Of a stretch of 64,000 nucleotides of DNA, positions 23,846 to 36,357 are shown piece after piece. The DNA is from Vicugna vicugna (taxonomy: Eukaryota). Every line of letters begins with the position of its first letter. Position 1 is the stretch's first letter. The stretch is taken from positions 418,054-482,053 of the forward strand of contig MU057632.1 in NCBI GenBank assembly GCA_013265495.1, given 5' to 3'. Made by a program: the position numbers and the translations under genes. The notes under the pieces are model-generated. The model made no database searches. It saw nothing but the letters and a program-made list of their open reading frames with translations, and was not told the origin of the DNA.

Positions 23846-24810
23846 CTGTTTTACATTTGCATAAGTTTTATGATTATAGCAATTATAAATCACATCAAAC
23901 ATCATGCATCACTGTGCACTGATGTGACCATGGTTTCCTCGAAGAAAGATTTCCACGTACTAGTAGAAAGTTCTTTGGCTGAAAAATGACTAAATAAGAA
24001 AGAAATTGAAGAAAATTACATGCTCAACCTTGCCTAACTTCTGTGGGAAAAACGGAAAAGAAAATATCCCTCACCGCTCACTTACTCCCAGGACACAACA
24101 ACACAGATAGCCTAACATAGCTGAGAGCCACTGAATGGGCGGAACTTTCTCAGAACAGGCGTCAATGAACTTGGTAGATTCGGGAATTTAGGCAAACGCA
24201 CAGGAATACTTCACTGGAAGTCTTGTCAACTCCTGTTTTACGTACAATGTGAAAAAGTGTGTATTTCACAGCCAATTAAAAGCAGCAAATGTACCAGGAG
24301 GTTCAGTGAGCTGGGTGCTTATAGCAGTAAAGCAATGAGAGGAGAGTAAAACTATCAAGGGCTGACACAATGACTCAAAAGCAAAGTCTGCAGCTCTGGA
24401 GAATGGGACCAGGAGGGACACTCCCGAGGCCAACTGGTAGAGTGATGCTGGGCATGGTCTTGGGTGCCAGACAGATGTGTGGCTTTGGTTCAGGACTCCG
24501 GCATTGACTCAATGTGCCCTGAGTCACCACCAGAGTCTGGTTCACATGAGGCACAGGAAGGATGGGGATGAAGAGGGATGTGAAGTCCTTGCCAAATCCT
24601 TCAGGCTCTCTGATGTCAACCAGGATGCCCAAATCCAGGGGGTCCACCCTTGACGAGGTGCCTGGGGAGAAGTCTGGACGACTGCTGCCCCACGGTTCTG
24701 GGGACCGAGCAGAGAGGGGAGCACTATCAACCCCAGAGAACTTCTGAGGAAGCAAGGGAGGAACCTGAGAGCTACCCCATCATAAGCTCTCATTACTACT
24801 TAAATCTGGG

Positions 24811-25276
24811 ACACAGTCAGAGGAAACCACGGGAGTCTTCCAGGGTCAGACCCCTCCCCCATATCCTCTGCTGTAGCTCCTCGCTGACGCACCCATGTAA
24901 TAGTGTCTCATGTATATTTCCTGAGTTTCTCAGATGCTTAAAACTACCACCAAAGGGAAGAAATCAACTACTTGATGATGGAGAGCATGCAGCCCCTAGA
25001 CCTTCTAGCACTAGGGGGTGATAGAGTTGGCCACTGTTACCTCAACCTCATCCAAAGAATTGTGCACAAGCTGACCAGGCACCCTGCGAGGCCCCCCCTC
25101 ACCTGGGCTTTAAACAGGCTTTGCTGAAACCCTTCAGGGAGTTCGAGGTTTTTCTTGGGCATGAGTCACCCCGTACTCCTTGCTCAGCCCTGCAATAAAC
25201 CTTTCTCTGCTCCAAACGTCAATATTTCAGTTTGGCCTCATGGTGCACCGGGCACATGAATTTGTCTTCAGTAACA
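24811..25276 (+). mobile_element. ERV1-type solo LTR (left boundary uncertain)
   Basis: U3/R/U5 layout with ctttaaa TATA-like element, aataaacctttctctgctcc polyA signal and gtaaca terminus. Confidence 0.75.
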
Positions 25277-25619
25277 GTGGGAGGCTTCTGAGTGAAGATC
25301 CTCTGGGAGCACCAAAGGGCACCCGATGTCTGCAGAGACCTCTTCCTCCGCCTCCCATGTCAATGCACTTCATCTTTGGGCAGAAGAGACTGTGTCAGCC
25401 TTTCCAAATCCCTCTCAGAGCAAAGAAAGAATAACACATTTCCATCAGAAAAGCTAGCATCGTGGGTGTGTGAAAATCTGAGTGGGAGTTCAGACTTCTG
25501 CTGGTTTAGGGCAAGACTACATTTTTTTCCTCCAGACTTCATGCTTTAAGGGAGTACAGTTATATTTTGTTCATCTTTGTATGCCCTACAGAGCCTAGCA
25601 AATAGTAGATGTTCAACAG

Positions 25620-25835
25620 ACAGATAAATTGGAAGGTCGGGATTTGCAGAGACACACTGCTATATGTAAAATAAGTAAACTACATGGGCCCACTGGGGAC
25701 TATATTCAATACCTTATAATAACCTACAATAAAAAAGAATATGAAAAGAAATATATATATGTAATTGAATCACTATGGTATACATTAGAAATTAACACAA
25801 TATTGTAAATCAACTGTATGTCAATAAAAAGTAAA
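25620..25835 (+). mobile_element. L1 3' UTR inserted into an L2 3' end (L2 pieces ~25548-25616 and ~25858-25895)
   Basis: L1 3' UTR motifs between L2 tail motifs tgttcatctttgtat...tagtagatgttcaa and tttttgaatgaacaaatgaatgaatgaa. Confidence 0.75.
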
Positions 25836-26904
25836 TATCACTTTTTAATATTGAAAAAATAGTTTTTGAATGAACAAATGAATGAATGAATGAACAAACA
25901 CCCTCTGCTCTGATGCCAGTAGTATCTTTTTTTCCCACTGGCTGCAATTCACATCCATGTTTGAGCTATTTCCTAGGACCTATTTTTAGAGAACAAAGCT
26001 AGAATATTTTTCATTTCAATACAAGAGAGCAACTGATAGAATACCAGCGTTTACAAAAGCAGGCCTAAAATGGGACCTGTATTGGGGAATAGAGAGAAAC
26101 TGTCATGGTTTTTTTTGTCCTTCCCTGTCTGGGTACCCCCTCAAATGTGTGAAAGAATTCAAATAAGGTGGCAAGAAGGAGCAGAAGGGAAGAGTCTCAA
26201 GACCTGGCTGAGCTCCTGAATCTCTGAGGGGAAAAAAAAAAAAAAAAGGCAAGATAGGGATAAGACAGCTGCTGCTTAATGCCACCAACTGGTGCCGGAA
26301 AACTGGCAGGCAGACCAGCCGAGGATGAGGCCTTGTTTGTCACATAATTAGCTATTCAGACCCTCTCAGAGACCAGCTCAGAGGAACTCTTTTATAAGAT
26401 CATGGCTCTCAAGAGGAATTTGGGAAAAGGAAGTGCGGGCTGCCCGGGCAACCTCAGGTTTCTCAGGAAAGCCACTCGAGGGATATTTTCAGATGCTCTT
26501 TGCCAGAGCCAGTTTGTAAAAAACACAAGGGTGCTCCACACATGAGGCACATGCATGCTTTGGGGGTGGCCATGGCGGGTGGAAGGGGTACACGCATGAG
26601 CCCCAAACTCTGCTCTCTGGAGATTTATGGCTAATGACTGGCAGGGTGATGTTTGATTTTGGGAGAAGCAGAGTCATGTGAGGTCAGGCTGGGGAAGACT
26701 CCAGGGCAGGACTCCAGCTTCTGTCGGTACTACTGTCCTGTAACAGCTGAGCAAAGATCTACTGAACAAATGGACATTAAAACATAAAGGAATTTTTCAA
26801 ACGCCTCCTTAGTGCTAGGGATATTTTTCATACTTTTAAGGATATTCATTCATGAGTACATAAATATAAGTATTCACCTACTATTTATTTCTGTGGCTTA
26901 GATA

Positions 26905-27895
26905 CATGTTAAACTTAAAAGCTTTGACACAGCAAAGGAAACCATCAACCAAAATTAAAAGACAACCTTCTAAATGGGAGAAGATATTCACAAATTATAT
27001 GACAGATAAGGGGGTTAATATCCAGCATATATAGACAGTTTGTACAACTCAACACTGAAAAGCAAACAACCTGATTAAAAATGGGCAGAAGACCTGAATA
27101 GGCATTTTTCCAAAGAAGAAGTGCAGATGGCCAAGAGACACATGAAAATATGCTCAGCATCGCTCATCATCAGGGAAATGCAAATCAAAACCACAAAGAG
27201 ATACCACCTCACACCTGTCAGAATGGCTATTATCAAAAAGACAACAAATAAATGTTGCTGAGGATGTGAAGAAAAGGGAATCCTCATACATGGTTGGTGG
27301 GAATGTAAATTGGTGCAGCCACTGTGGAAAACAGTGTGGAGTGTCCTCAAAAAACTAAAAACAGAACTACCAGCAATTCTATTAATGGGTTTATATCTGA
27401 GAAAAGCCAAAAACAGTAATTTGAAAAGATACATGCACCCCAATGTTCATAGTAGCATTAAAATAGCCAAGACATGGAAACAACCATCTGTCTATCAACA
27501 GATGAATGGATCAAGAAGATGTGGTGTATATACAGAATGGAATACTATTCAGCCATAAAAAATAAAATGTTGCATTTGCAGCAACATTGATGGACCTGGA
27601 GGGCATTACACTAAGTGAAGTAAGTCAGACACAGAAAAACAAATACTGTATGATATCACTTGTACTTGGAATCTAAAAAATACAACAAACCAGTGAATAA
27701 AACAAAAAAGCAGCAGACTCACAGATGTAGAGAATAAACTAGTGGTTACCAGTGGGGAAAGGAAGAGGGTAGGGGAAGATAGAGGTAGAGAATAAAAAGA
27801 GTTATTATGGGATTATATGATATCACATGTGTGAAACTTTTGAAAATCATAAAAGGGCTACAGAATTTAAAGAATCTTTCAGTTAAAAAAAAGAA
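26905..27895 (+). mobile_element. L1 (ORF2 C-terminus + a distinct 3' UTR type)
   Basis: ORF 27310-27558 reads [20 protein letters not shown]. 3' UTR gggattatatga...gtgaaacttttgaaaat...gaatttaaagaatctttca plus A tail. Confidence 0.93.
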
Positions 27896-28359
27896 GAATC
27901 TAGAGGCTGACTTAGGTGATTCTGTGCCCAGCATCCTTTATATCTGTGGCCAATGCTAAGATAAAGAGCCGCAAAACCTTTACTAAATATTGCATTAAAA
28001 AACAGTTCCTACATTGACACTTCACACGTGTTATTTTCTGAAAGCATACATCATCTGGAACATTTTCCCATAACACATTAGTTGATAACTCCTGGGAAGT
28101 CTGATATGGCTGACCATTCCTCTTGGGAAAGCCATTTGCAACACCAGGGAAAGAACACTAAGTGTTAGCCATTCGAACTGTCCAGATTTACTCAAACCAG
28201 GTGACCAGCGCTCCCTTCTGTGATACAGTTTATGAAGCTCATCAAACTGTGCCAACTGACATCCCATGATGCTGGGCTCATCATTCATATTTTGTCAACA
28301 GTAGGAATAATGCACACAAATACATTACAATATCTTTGAGAACCTCCAATGCTCTCACT

Positions 28360-28470
28360 AGAATAGAAACTCCTCTGGAGCTGTGTTTGGTTTACGGCTA
28401 TTTTCCCAGTCCCTAGAGCTCTCTTTGCATGTAGTAGGTGTTTAGCAAATAATGTGTTGATCAAATGTAT
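28360..28470 (+). mobile_element. L2 3' end
   Basis: ttcccagtccctagag...catgtagtaggtgtttagcaaataatgtgttga. Confidence 0.6.
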
Positions 28471-29398
28471 AACTGAATTTAAATTGCTGCTTGGAAATGG
28501 CACTGGAGAAACAATGGCTAAAGTGGAACCACAGGTTTATAATTCACTTCATGAACAAGTATCCCTGACATCTCTTCTCTAAAGATGGCTTTTGTTAAAA
28601 TACCATTTTCTCTCCTGTCTCACTGAAGTCCAACACTTCTCTCAAATGCCAGGAAGTCTAACAGGACAAGGTGCCTGTCTGACAGCCAGCACCCAGCCCA
28701 CAGTCACTGATCATCTATGCTATATGGGGTACTCTGACCGCCATTCACCAGGGAACTAAATGGACGTGGCCTATTCATGTCATAAAAATGTGAAAATAAA
28801 TTCGATCTTGTGTCTTTGCAAAATGTGGTGCCCACGGTTGTTACCCTGTAGAAAGTAAAGCTTCTGTTGAAAGTAACAAGACCATGGAGCAGACTCTGAA
28901 GCAGGGTTTCACTCACTGCTTTTGGTATCACTGAATCCGAAAGAATATTCAACTGAACAAAAAACCCTAAAACAAAATGAGAAGATTTTAAATGCCTCCT
29001 TGAGTCTAAGAATAGTTTTTTCGTGCTATTGTGACAATTCACTCTTAAGTAAATAAACAGACAAAAACGTGTGACTGCACATATTATATCTTAGACATCT
29101 AACAATTGTTTTCCCTTATAAAACAGTTACTGTAGGTCATACACTTATTTTCATAAACAGCCAATTAAGCATTTCAAAGTCACTTTTAATTTTCCATGGA
29201 ACTATGTCCCATTCTTTAAAATTAAAAAGTAGACATTTTATGTGGGGAGCTTGTTAAAGGTCATTTGGAGTTTCCTATGATAAACAATATAAATAATCAA
29301 AGTGGTACTGACATTTCGGTTAAGAATAAGATCCAGCTATAATATATGAGGAATTTTTTATATGATTCATAACTTAGTTATAAAGGCAAATCCAAAAG

Positions 29399-29894
29399 TG
29401 TAATACAATCTGACTCCATATGGAATCTGCTCCTTTGGCTTCAATCCTCTGCCCTGTTGCCTGCACTTAGTCAGGCTGGTTCTGCACCTTTTGTAAAAGA
29501 ATGTTGCCAATAGCCTGAAATATACAGAAGAGCCTATTCAAGGCTCTGACCTTTAAGGGTGTAACACTTTCCATTCATATAGAGATAACAAGTTGCAGAA
29601 CAGAATAGTATTTGCCTTGTTGGAGGTTTACAGGGACATCATGAAAGGACCTACTTGGACAGCTGCAAGAATAAAGGATTTCTGCACCAAGAAGTCTGCA
29701 ACAACCAACCACACCTCCTCCCCTTTTTAGTAGAAAAGGAGCCTGGAGTCTAACTTGGGGCAGGTGGACATTAGTCCTCCATCTTCTCAGCCTGCCTGCT
29801 TTCCACATAAAGTCATTATTCCTTGCCCCAACATCTCGTCTCCCGATTTACTGGCCTGTCGTCAGTGAGCAGAACGAGTTTGGACTTGGCAACA
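29399..29894 (+). mobile_element. Intact ERV1-class (MER41-like) solo LTR, 496 bp
   Basis: TG...CA ends. Perfect 4-bp TSD aaag at 29395-29398 and 29895-29898. 3' motif ctggcctgtcgtcagtgagcagaacgagtttggacttggcaaca. Confidence 0.88.
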
Positions 29895-32489
29895 AAAGGA
29901 GATCTCCAAAAGAATCCTGAACAACAGCAGTATCATTGGAATAAATGGAAAGTTTATTTTGATGACCACAGTTAAGATCAACTCCTGATCTTAACTGTAA
30001 GTATGTGTTCTTGAATCTCAGTGTTTTATACTTAGTTTTTAAAGATGCATTCCTAAAAGAATAATTTTTATTCATTACATTATTATTTTTCCCTGAAGAA
30101 ATCACACACAAGATAGTGCTGAAAACTGTTCAAAATTATATACTTAAAAGTGAAACATAATTTTAATACTAGGGCTAAAATAACCCACCAGCAGAGAAAA
30201 TGTATTAAAATTTAAAATATAATGGAAACTATGTCCCCAAAGGGGTCTATAAGAAAGGAAGATCTGACCTGTGTTTGATCTGATCTGATATTTTAAATTC
30301 AATTTAGGAATTATTTTCCCCATAAGCAGTGCTTTATATTACTTAAGTTTGAAGTCTTTCTCCCAAATAGACATGTGTACATTGCTACCTGTTTATGTCA
30401 CATCTCAGGGAGTAAGGTTTCTTGGCATTTTAATATCATTTAGAAGTTATTTCGAATACATGGTTCACTTATTAGGTGACATTCATAAAATTATTGTCTT
30501 AAGTTATTACAAACACGGTAATGCCTTTTCTTTAAATATGTGTACATATGTTATAAAAATGTTTGCACTAAATGAAAGATCAGAAGGGGTATGAAAAGTT
30601 TCAGAGCACAAAATTCTTACATTTGAGAACTAATGTGTAAGAAGATTAAAATCAACTTGTCAGCTATCTTTTAATCTGTTACAAATCCTATGAGCAAAAA
30701 ATATTCTACATGAAAGTATCTATTTTTTGAAACAAAAAACACCCCATAAAATGCACCGCATTATTTTGTCTATGATCCACATAAACAAATCATGTTTCTA
30801 GATGCAGACTCTAGCATTAGGAAGCAAACATTCTCTCACTGTATTTCAACCTTAACCAACTGTACAAGAGCACCTAATGGCTCCAAATAGGTGCATAATT
30901 ATGATCTCAAATATATTTCAATGATTTTATGGGTAACAATATAAAAGTAATTTTATACCACAAACATCAGTCTTGGACCTTTAAACTTTGATATTTGTTA
31001 TGGAGGAAAATCATTTTATTAGATGCAAGACTTCTCAAGGCAGGTGAAAAATTGAGACAGCTATAGAATATATATTTATAGGTAGGTAGGTAGGTGGGCA
31101 GGGGGACTGCAGTCAATCTTCACACCCAACTCTGCAATGACCTGCCTAAAACTGGCCACTTCAGAGATGAGCCACATTCTCACTCACCTAAATCCAGTTC
31201 AAGAAATATCCACTAGTCAGTTATTGGGCAAGTGCTTCTTTGTCAAAAAACCTATTGATTTATTTACTTACTGAAGTTTACAAGTCATAAGACATATTTA
31301 AACATTAGTTTTAGCCCCAACAGAAAGGCGACTATTTAATGACAGGGACAAATACTGTGTTAGCTAAATCGCGTAATTTTAAAACCCTTGCCGACATTTA
31401 AAAAGATCCATCTCATTTACAGAAGCAGCTCATCTGCTCACCAAGATGGTATTTTTCCTCTTGGTAACACTGATTTTTGTTTTTGTCCATTTCCTTTATG
31501 ATCTTCTGTTAGAAAGGAGTTTCTTGCACTAATCTGTTTATTCTAAATATGACGGCAAAAATCCATTAGATTTAGAGCCCAGATGCCCTGGTGGCCCACG
31601 AATATGATCCTTAGCATATTAAGAAGAAATCAAGTTTTGGCAATTTTTGAGCTGCCCTGACAGTTATCATTTAGAAAGCGACGGAAATCAGCCAGTACCT
31701 CCAGGAGTTCTGACGCGTGTCAGGTGACAGTTAAGCTCTGGATCTGGTCATGACTGGAAGCAGAGCAGCTATCAGATAATCCCCGAGGCTACCACTCTCC
31801 ATCTTTATCATAAGAGATTTTTATGCCCTTTAGTCACTGCACACGATCAGGCGTGAAGCACACAGCACTGCTTCTGAGCTCCATCAGAGACAGAGAGGGA
31901 AAGCACAGGGTTCAGCCATGTGGCCTAGAACATTCGATGAAGGCTCTTCCTTAGCCCAGTGGAGGATCTACTTCCATCTTGAACTCTGAAGACAGTGGGA
32001 ACCTTCCTACCCAATGGGTATAAAACCTCCGTGGCTACAGCTCAGAGACATGCTGCTTCAGAGAAAAAGTGCACGGCAGTTGTGGCTGTACTGCACAGCC
32101 GTGGCAGGCACTTCACAGAGTATGCTGGAGGGAATCTAGGATTCCCTTAGAAACACGTTCTTTGATGTGAACTTGAAATATCAAACAGGTAATTAGGTAA
32201 AAATTAAGCCTTAGGCAAAAGAGGACTTAAACAAACAAACAAAAAGGGACTTACCAAGCACATCTGTCTCTGAGATGCTCAAAACCAACGCCCCAGCAGA
32301 CGAAAGTGCTTTTACAGGGTCAGTGAAGTCTGGGAGCCAACAGAAAGGGCTGAGTTCTGCCCAAGGTGGCAGGTGAGGGCTCACAGGTGAGCAGGCCTTC
32401 CAGGTGGGCTTCTGAGATTGAATGGGGTTTTATTACACGTGTAAGAGAGAGGAATTCACTCCAATTAGAAAAAGTGATGAGTCACAATT

Positions 32490-32646
32490 TCACTATTTTT
32501 CTATAGACAAGTGATTTGGTTGTTTCTCATGCTTTTTTTTTTTGCTGTCACAAATAATGCTTAGATTAACATCTCAAGACATGTATGTTTACCATTCCTG
32601 CTATTATTTTTGTGAGAGAGATTGCTAGACATGCAGTTGCTGGATC
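32490..32646 (-). mobile_element. Ancient L1M fragment
   Basis: atttggttgtttc...tttgctgtcacaaataatgc...gcagttgctggatc. Confidence 0.6.
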
Positions 32647-32661
32647 CCAAGTTTCACAATA

Positions 32662-32839
32662 TTTTGTTGCTGTTGTTTGGGAAGGGAGGTAATTTGGTTA
32701 ATCTATTTTTTAAAAATTATTATTATTACTATTATTATTTCTTTCTTTTTTTTTTTTTTAGCGGAGGCACTGGGGATTGAACCCAGGACCTTGTGCATGC
32801 TAAGCATGCGCTCTACCACTGAGCTATCCCCTCCTCCCC
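32662..32839 (-). mobile_element. tRNA-Ala-derived SINE, well preserved
   Basis: Reverse complement GGGGATAGCTCAGTGGTAGAGCGCATGCTTAGCATGCACAAGGTCCTGGGTTCAATCCCCAGTGCCTCC, then expanded A/(TAA)n and the SINE 3' module. Confidence 0.92.
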
Positions 32840-33362
32840 AGTTAGAAAAACAAGATGAAAAAATGCACAGCCCAGGATGAACATTCATACCCCCTCTAGA
32901 AACACCAGGAGCTGTGTGGAGTCTTTGTGGTAAGGGTCCTGGGGACAGTCTGGAATGAAGCTGGAAAGGCAAGAGTGTGGGAGTCTTGTCTTAAGGGATT
33001 AAGGCTTAGTCTACGGTAAACCAGAAGGCTGAATGCTGAATGAGAAAGGCAGTGACATGAACCCTGTAGTCTGTGCACCCTACTATGAGACAAAAAGCCC
33101 CATCTTGGCGCGGACTAGTCCCTGGACCCTACAATGGACACATAGAAGGAATTTAACTAATGTCTGTTGACTGATTCATTCATGTCCACATCAGTTCATT
33201 CCTATCTTATTTTAACAGATCTCTGTGGATGATATTGAATAATGATTGGACAAGAGAGAGACCAAAGGCACCGGAAGATCTCAGCAGGCTAGTGAGACTG
33301 TGGGGTTATCTTATGAACTAAGATGGGAGCCACATGGTTTGGAAGGTGGATATAAAAGACAC

Positions 33363-33810
33363 TTAGAAACTAAGCCGTTGTCAGTCACCTCATTTGCAAA
33401 TATTTTCATTTGGAGATTGTCATTCTAAATGAAGTTAAGCCAGAAGAGACAGAAAAATACCATATATCACTTATATGTGGAATATAAAAAAAAAAAAAAA
33501 AAACGACACTAATGGACTTATTTACAAAATGGAAACAGACCCAGACATAGAAAACAAAGTTATGGTTACCAGGGGGGAAGGGGAAGAATAAATTGGGAGT
33601 TCGGGATTTGCAGATACAAACTATTATGTAGAAAATAGTTAGAAACAAGTTCCTACTGTACAGCACAGTGAACTCTATTCAATATCTCGCAGTAACCTAT
33701 AATGGAAAAGAATATGAAAAGGAATATATGTATGTATATGTAACACTGAATCACTGAATCACCAGAAATTAACACAACATTGTAAGCTGACTATACTTCA
33801 ATAAAAAAAC
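33363..33810 (+). mobile_element. L1 3' end with a short inverted 5' segment (33363-33406), inside an L2 remnant
   Basis: TSD aaagacac at 33355-33362 and 33811-33818. The first ~44 bp match minus-strand L1 at ~19007-19051 and the rest is plus-strand L1 3' end. Confidence 0.85.
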
Positions 33811-33818
33811 AAAGACAC

Positions 33819-34450
33819 GGCAAAAGGCAGAACAAACAGAATTTGGTGATTGGTTGGATTTCTAAAGGAGAGAGAGGCGTTTGACAGCTCAGATGAGTAA
33901 GAAGATGGTGATACTTCTTTCCAAGATAAGAGAGGCCTGGAGGGGGAGGAGGAGGTGTGAGGGCTGGGGTGGGGAACAGAAAAAAGAGAACTATGGCTGA
34001 GATACCCTGAGTTCAAAATGCCTGTTGGGTCTTCATGTGGAAACACCGCCCTGGATGTGGGACTGGAGCTCAGAAGTCAGCAAGAGATGTTAACAAGCCA
34101 AACGGTTTGCCTGGATTTCAAATGTGTGACTCAGGAACAGGCATTTCTTTTTAGGCTAAATTGCAGACTCAGTCTGCATTTTTATTATCTACCTCCTGCC
34201 ATTAAGGCTTTAAGCATCTATTCATTCATTCAGTCTGTAAATATTACCAAGGACCTACAACATGTCAGGCTGACTCTGGGGGCTGGGGATGGAGCTAACC
34301 CTGGAGATGGTGGTCCTGTTCTCACGCCGATCATCTTTCAAGGGAAGACCGACCAAGACCTAATAAAGTAATAAGCCCATAATATAATTTCAAGTAGGGT
34401 AAGCATGTTGAAGAAAAATAAAGCAGGGGGAGAGAGGGAAAGGTACTCCT
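33819..34450 (-). mobile_element. L2 remnants
   Basis: gaatttggtgattggttgga; ctgagttcaaaatgcctgttgg; ttcattcattcagtc...aaatattaccaaggacctac tail. Confidence 0.6.
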
Positions 34451-34788
34451 TAAACTATTCACAGTTGACAGTTCCGATTTAAACCTAGGACCGATTACCA
34501 ACTTTTCCCCTTATGCCCTCCACTGTGGATCATCACATGCAAAAATCAAGTAGATTATCTACCTCAAGGAAAAGGCCATTCAGATGAGGAGGAAAGCTGA
34601 ATTTCTGCTGAATATCATGGGTCTCTAAGTGGAAACCTGTGACCCCAACTGTGCTGTAGGAAAACCGTGCTTGTGAACGTGAGGAACGGTTCCCAGAGGG
34701 CTCCCAGCTCTGCTGCCCAGAAGGGCATCTCTCTACACGAGTAACTAGTATTCAAAGAAGGATCTTCACAATCTTGGAAATTAATTAC

Positions 34789-34815
34789 AAAATGTACCAA
34801 AATGTACCAAAATGT
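34789..34815. repeat. 10-bp tandem repeat (aaaatgtacc) x ~2.7
   Basis: aaaatgtaccaaaatgtaccaaaatgt. Confidence 0.75.
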
Positions 34816-35409
34816 CATCTTACAGCATCACATCAGTCTATCTTTTCTTTTCTGGAAGGTATACTGGTGGTGAAATAAAATTACTTTTTTCACTGGCATC
34901 CAAATCTTAATTGTGACTCATCACACAGTTATGCACATAGCTAAGAAAGTCTTTGTCGTGTAGAAGTGCAGCAAAGCAGAGAGAAACAAAGAGGGCAGTG
35001 GGGGAGGTAATAAGGCAAAGAGTGGTTGAGCTTTCATCCAGAGAGGAGACGCCACGTGAACTTGTCAGGAAAAGCGACTGGTACCCTATTACTTGAATAC
35101 ATCTTTTCTGCAACTGTCATGAGGATGCTAATTTAATGCAAAGAATGATGATGTAATTATATATACGCCCCTGCTGGGGATGTGTCAGAGACATGCTTTC
35201 AAAGGTGGTTCCAGAAGACTATGATCTAAGGTAAATCTCACACGGAAGGAGTTGCATCTTCTTTGATTCAAAGATTGACAATAGGGATAAATACTTCCAC
35301 GTATTTGAAAGCCTGTCTAGCTGTTAGGATTGAGGCGTGTTCACTCCTATGCTGGGCTTGCTGCTGCGTGTTGCTCACTCCATGGTGGACTTGCCTTCCT
35401 TCTCAAAAA

Positions 35410-36350
35410 GCCCTCTTGCCCTGGCTTCCCCAGCCTCAGACTGTACTGATCTCTTCCTCTCTCTTACTCTTCCTTTGCTGCTTCTCTGTAAGTTCATTCT
35501 CTTTTGCCCCACCTAGAAATGTTGGCATTCCATTCTAGACCTGTTTTTCTTTCCATGTTAATTTTCTCTCTAGGTAAACTATTCATTTATTCATTCATTC
35601 ACTTAACAAACATGGAGTGTCTCCTGTATGTCAGCGATGTTCTGTGCACTTGGGATTCATCAGTGAACCAAACAAATATGACCCCTGTCCGTGGAGAACG
35701 TACCCTGAGCAGGCTTCAATCACAATATGTATATGCTGTGACCCCAAGTTTCTGTCTCCCTTTCCATCTCTTCTCTGAGTCCCAGATTCAGCCCTTGACC
35801 AATTGATTCTCCAGTTGGATATTTCAGAAGCATCCCAAATTCTACATGTCCAAAATGGAACTGGTCAGGTTTGGGGATAAAGTAATGAGTTCAGTGTTTC
35901 CCACCTCAAGAATGGTACCCTCCCATCTGCAAAACCCAGAAACATGGGAGCAACCCTCATCCTGTCAACTCCATCCAGAAATATCAGCCCACTTCTCCCC
36001 AGCCTCATAGCCACCGTCCAGCACAGGCCACTTCGTTTCTCTGGGACCTTTGGAGTAAGTCTTTCTGAACCCACTTCTCCCCAGACATGTCAGCCTCTTT
36101 AAGACGAAGACCAGAACACTTCATGGGGTCTCCTGAGGCTTGTATGACGCGACTGCCCTCAGCCTCTGCCATGGCTCCACGGCTCTCATCTTTGCTCTTA
36201 GAGCTTCAGACACAGGGCTTCTTTCAGACTCTCATCCTGCCACGTGCTTTCCAAACCCAGAGTCTCTGCACCCACTGTCCCTTTATGTCTCACTTCCAGT
36301 GGTCAGCTCCTGTTCCCTCTACAGTTTTCAGCCAGAAGTTTCCGTCCTCA
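35410..36350 (+). mobile_element. L2 remnants (with an antisense L2 tail at ~35580-35700)
   Basis: ctccagttggatatt, acatgtccaaaatggaact, aatggtaccctcccatc, aaaacccagaaacatgggag; attcattcattcacttaacaaacat tail. Confidence 0.65.
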
Positions 36351-36357
36351 GGAGAGC

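Noticed and set aside
24375..24755. Longest ORF (126 aa, minus) with overlapping ORFs on both strands
   Set aside because: Locally GC-rich sequence gives long frames by chance. No recognisable domain or convincing splice sites.
27075..27443. 122-aa hydrophobic ORF
   Set aside because: Antisense frame of L1 ORF2.
24811..29894. A provirus bounded by the two LTRs
   Set aside because: The LTRs are dissimilar, the right one has its own TSD, and the interior is L1, L2 and unique DNA with no gag/pol/env.
31188..31251. Minus-strand coding exon with a strong tag|gtgagt donor
   Set aside because: Weak acceptor and stops in all three frames.
32069..32111. Hairpin as a possible pre-miRNA
   Set aside because: Stem of only about 10 bp, too short and irregular.
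32760..32839. tRNA-Ala(AGC) gene
   Set aside because: Followed by an A-rich tract and SINE 3' module, and one of nine diverged copies in the window, so it is a SINE and not a tRNA gene.
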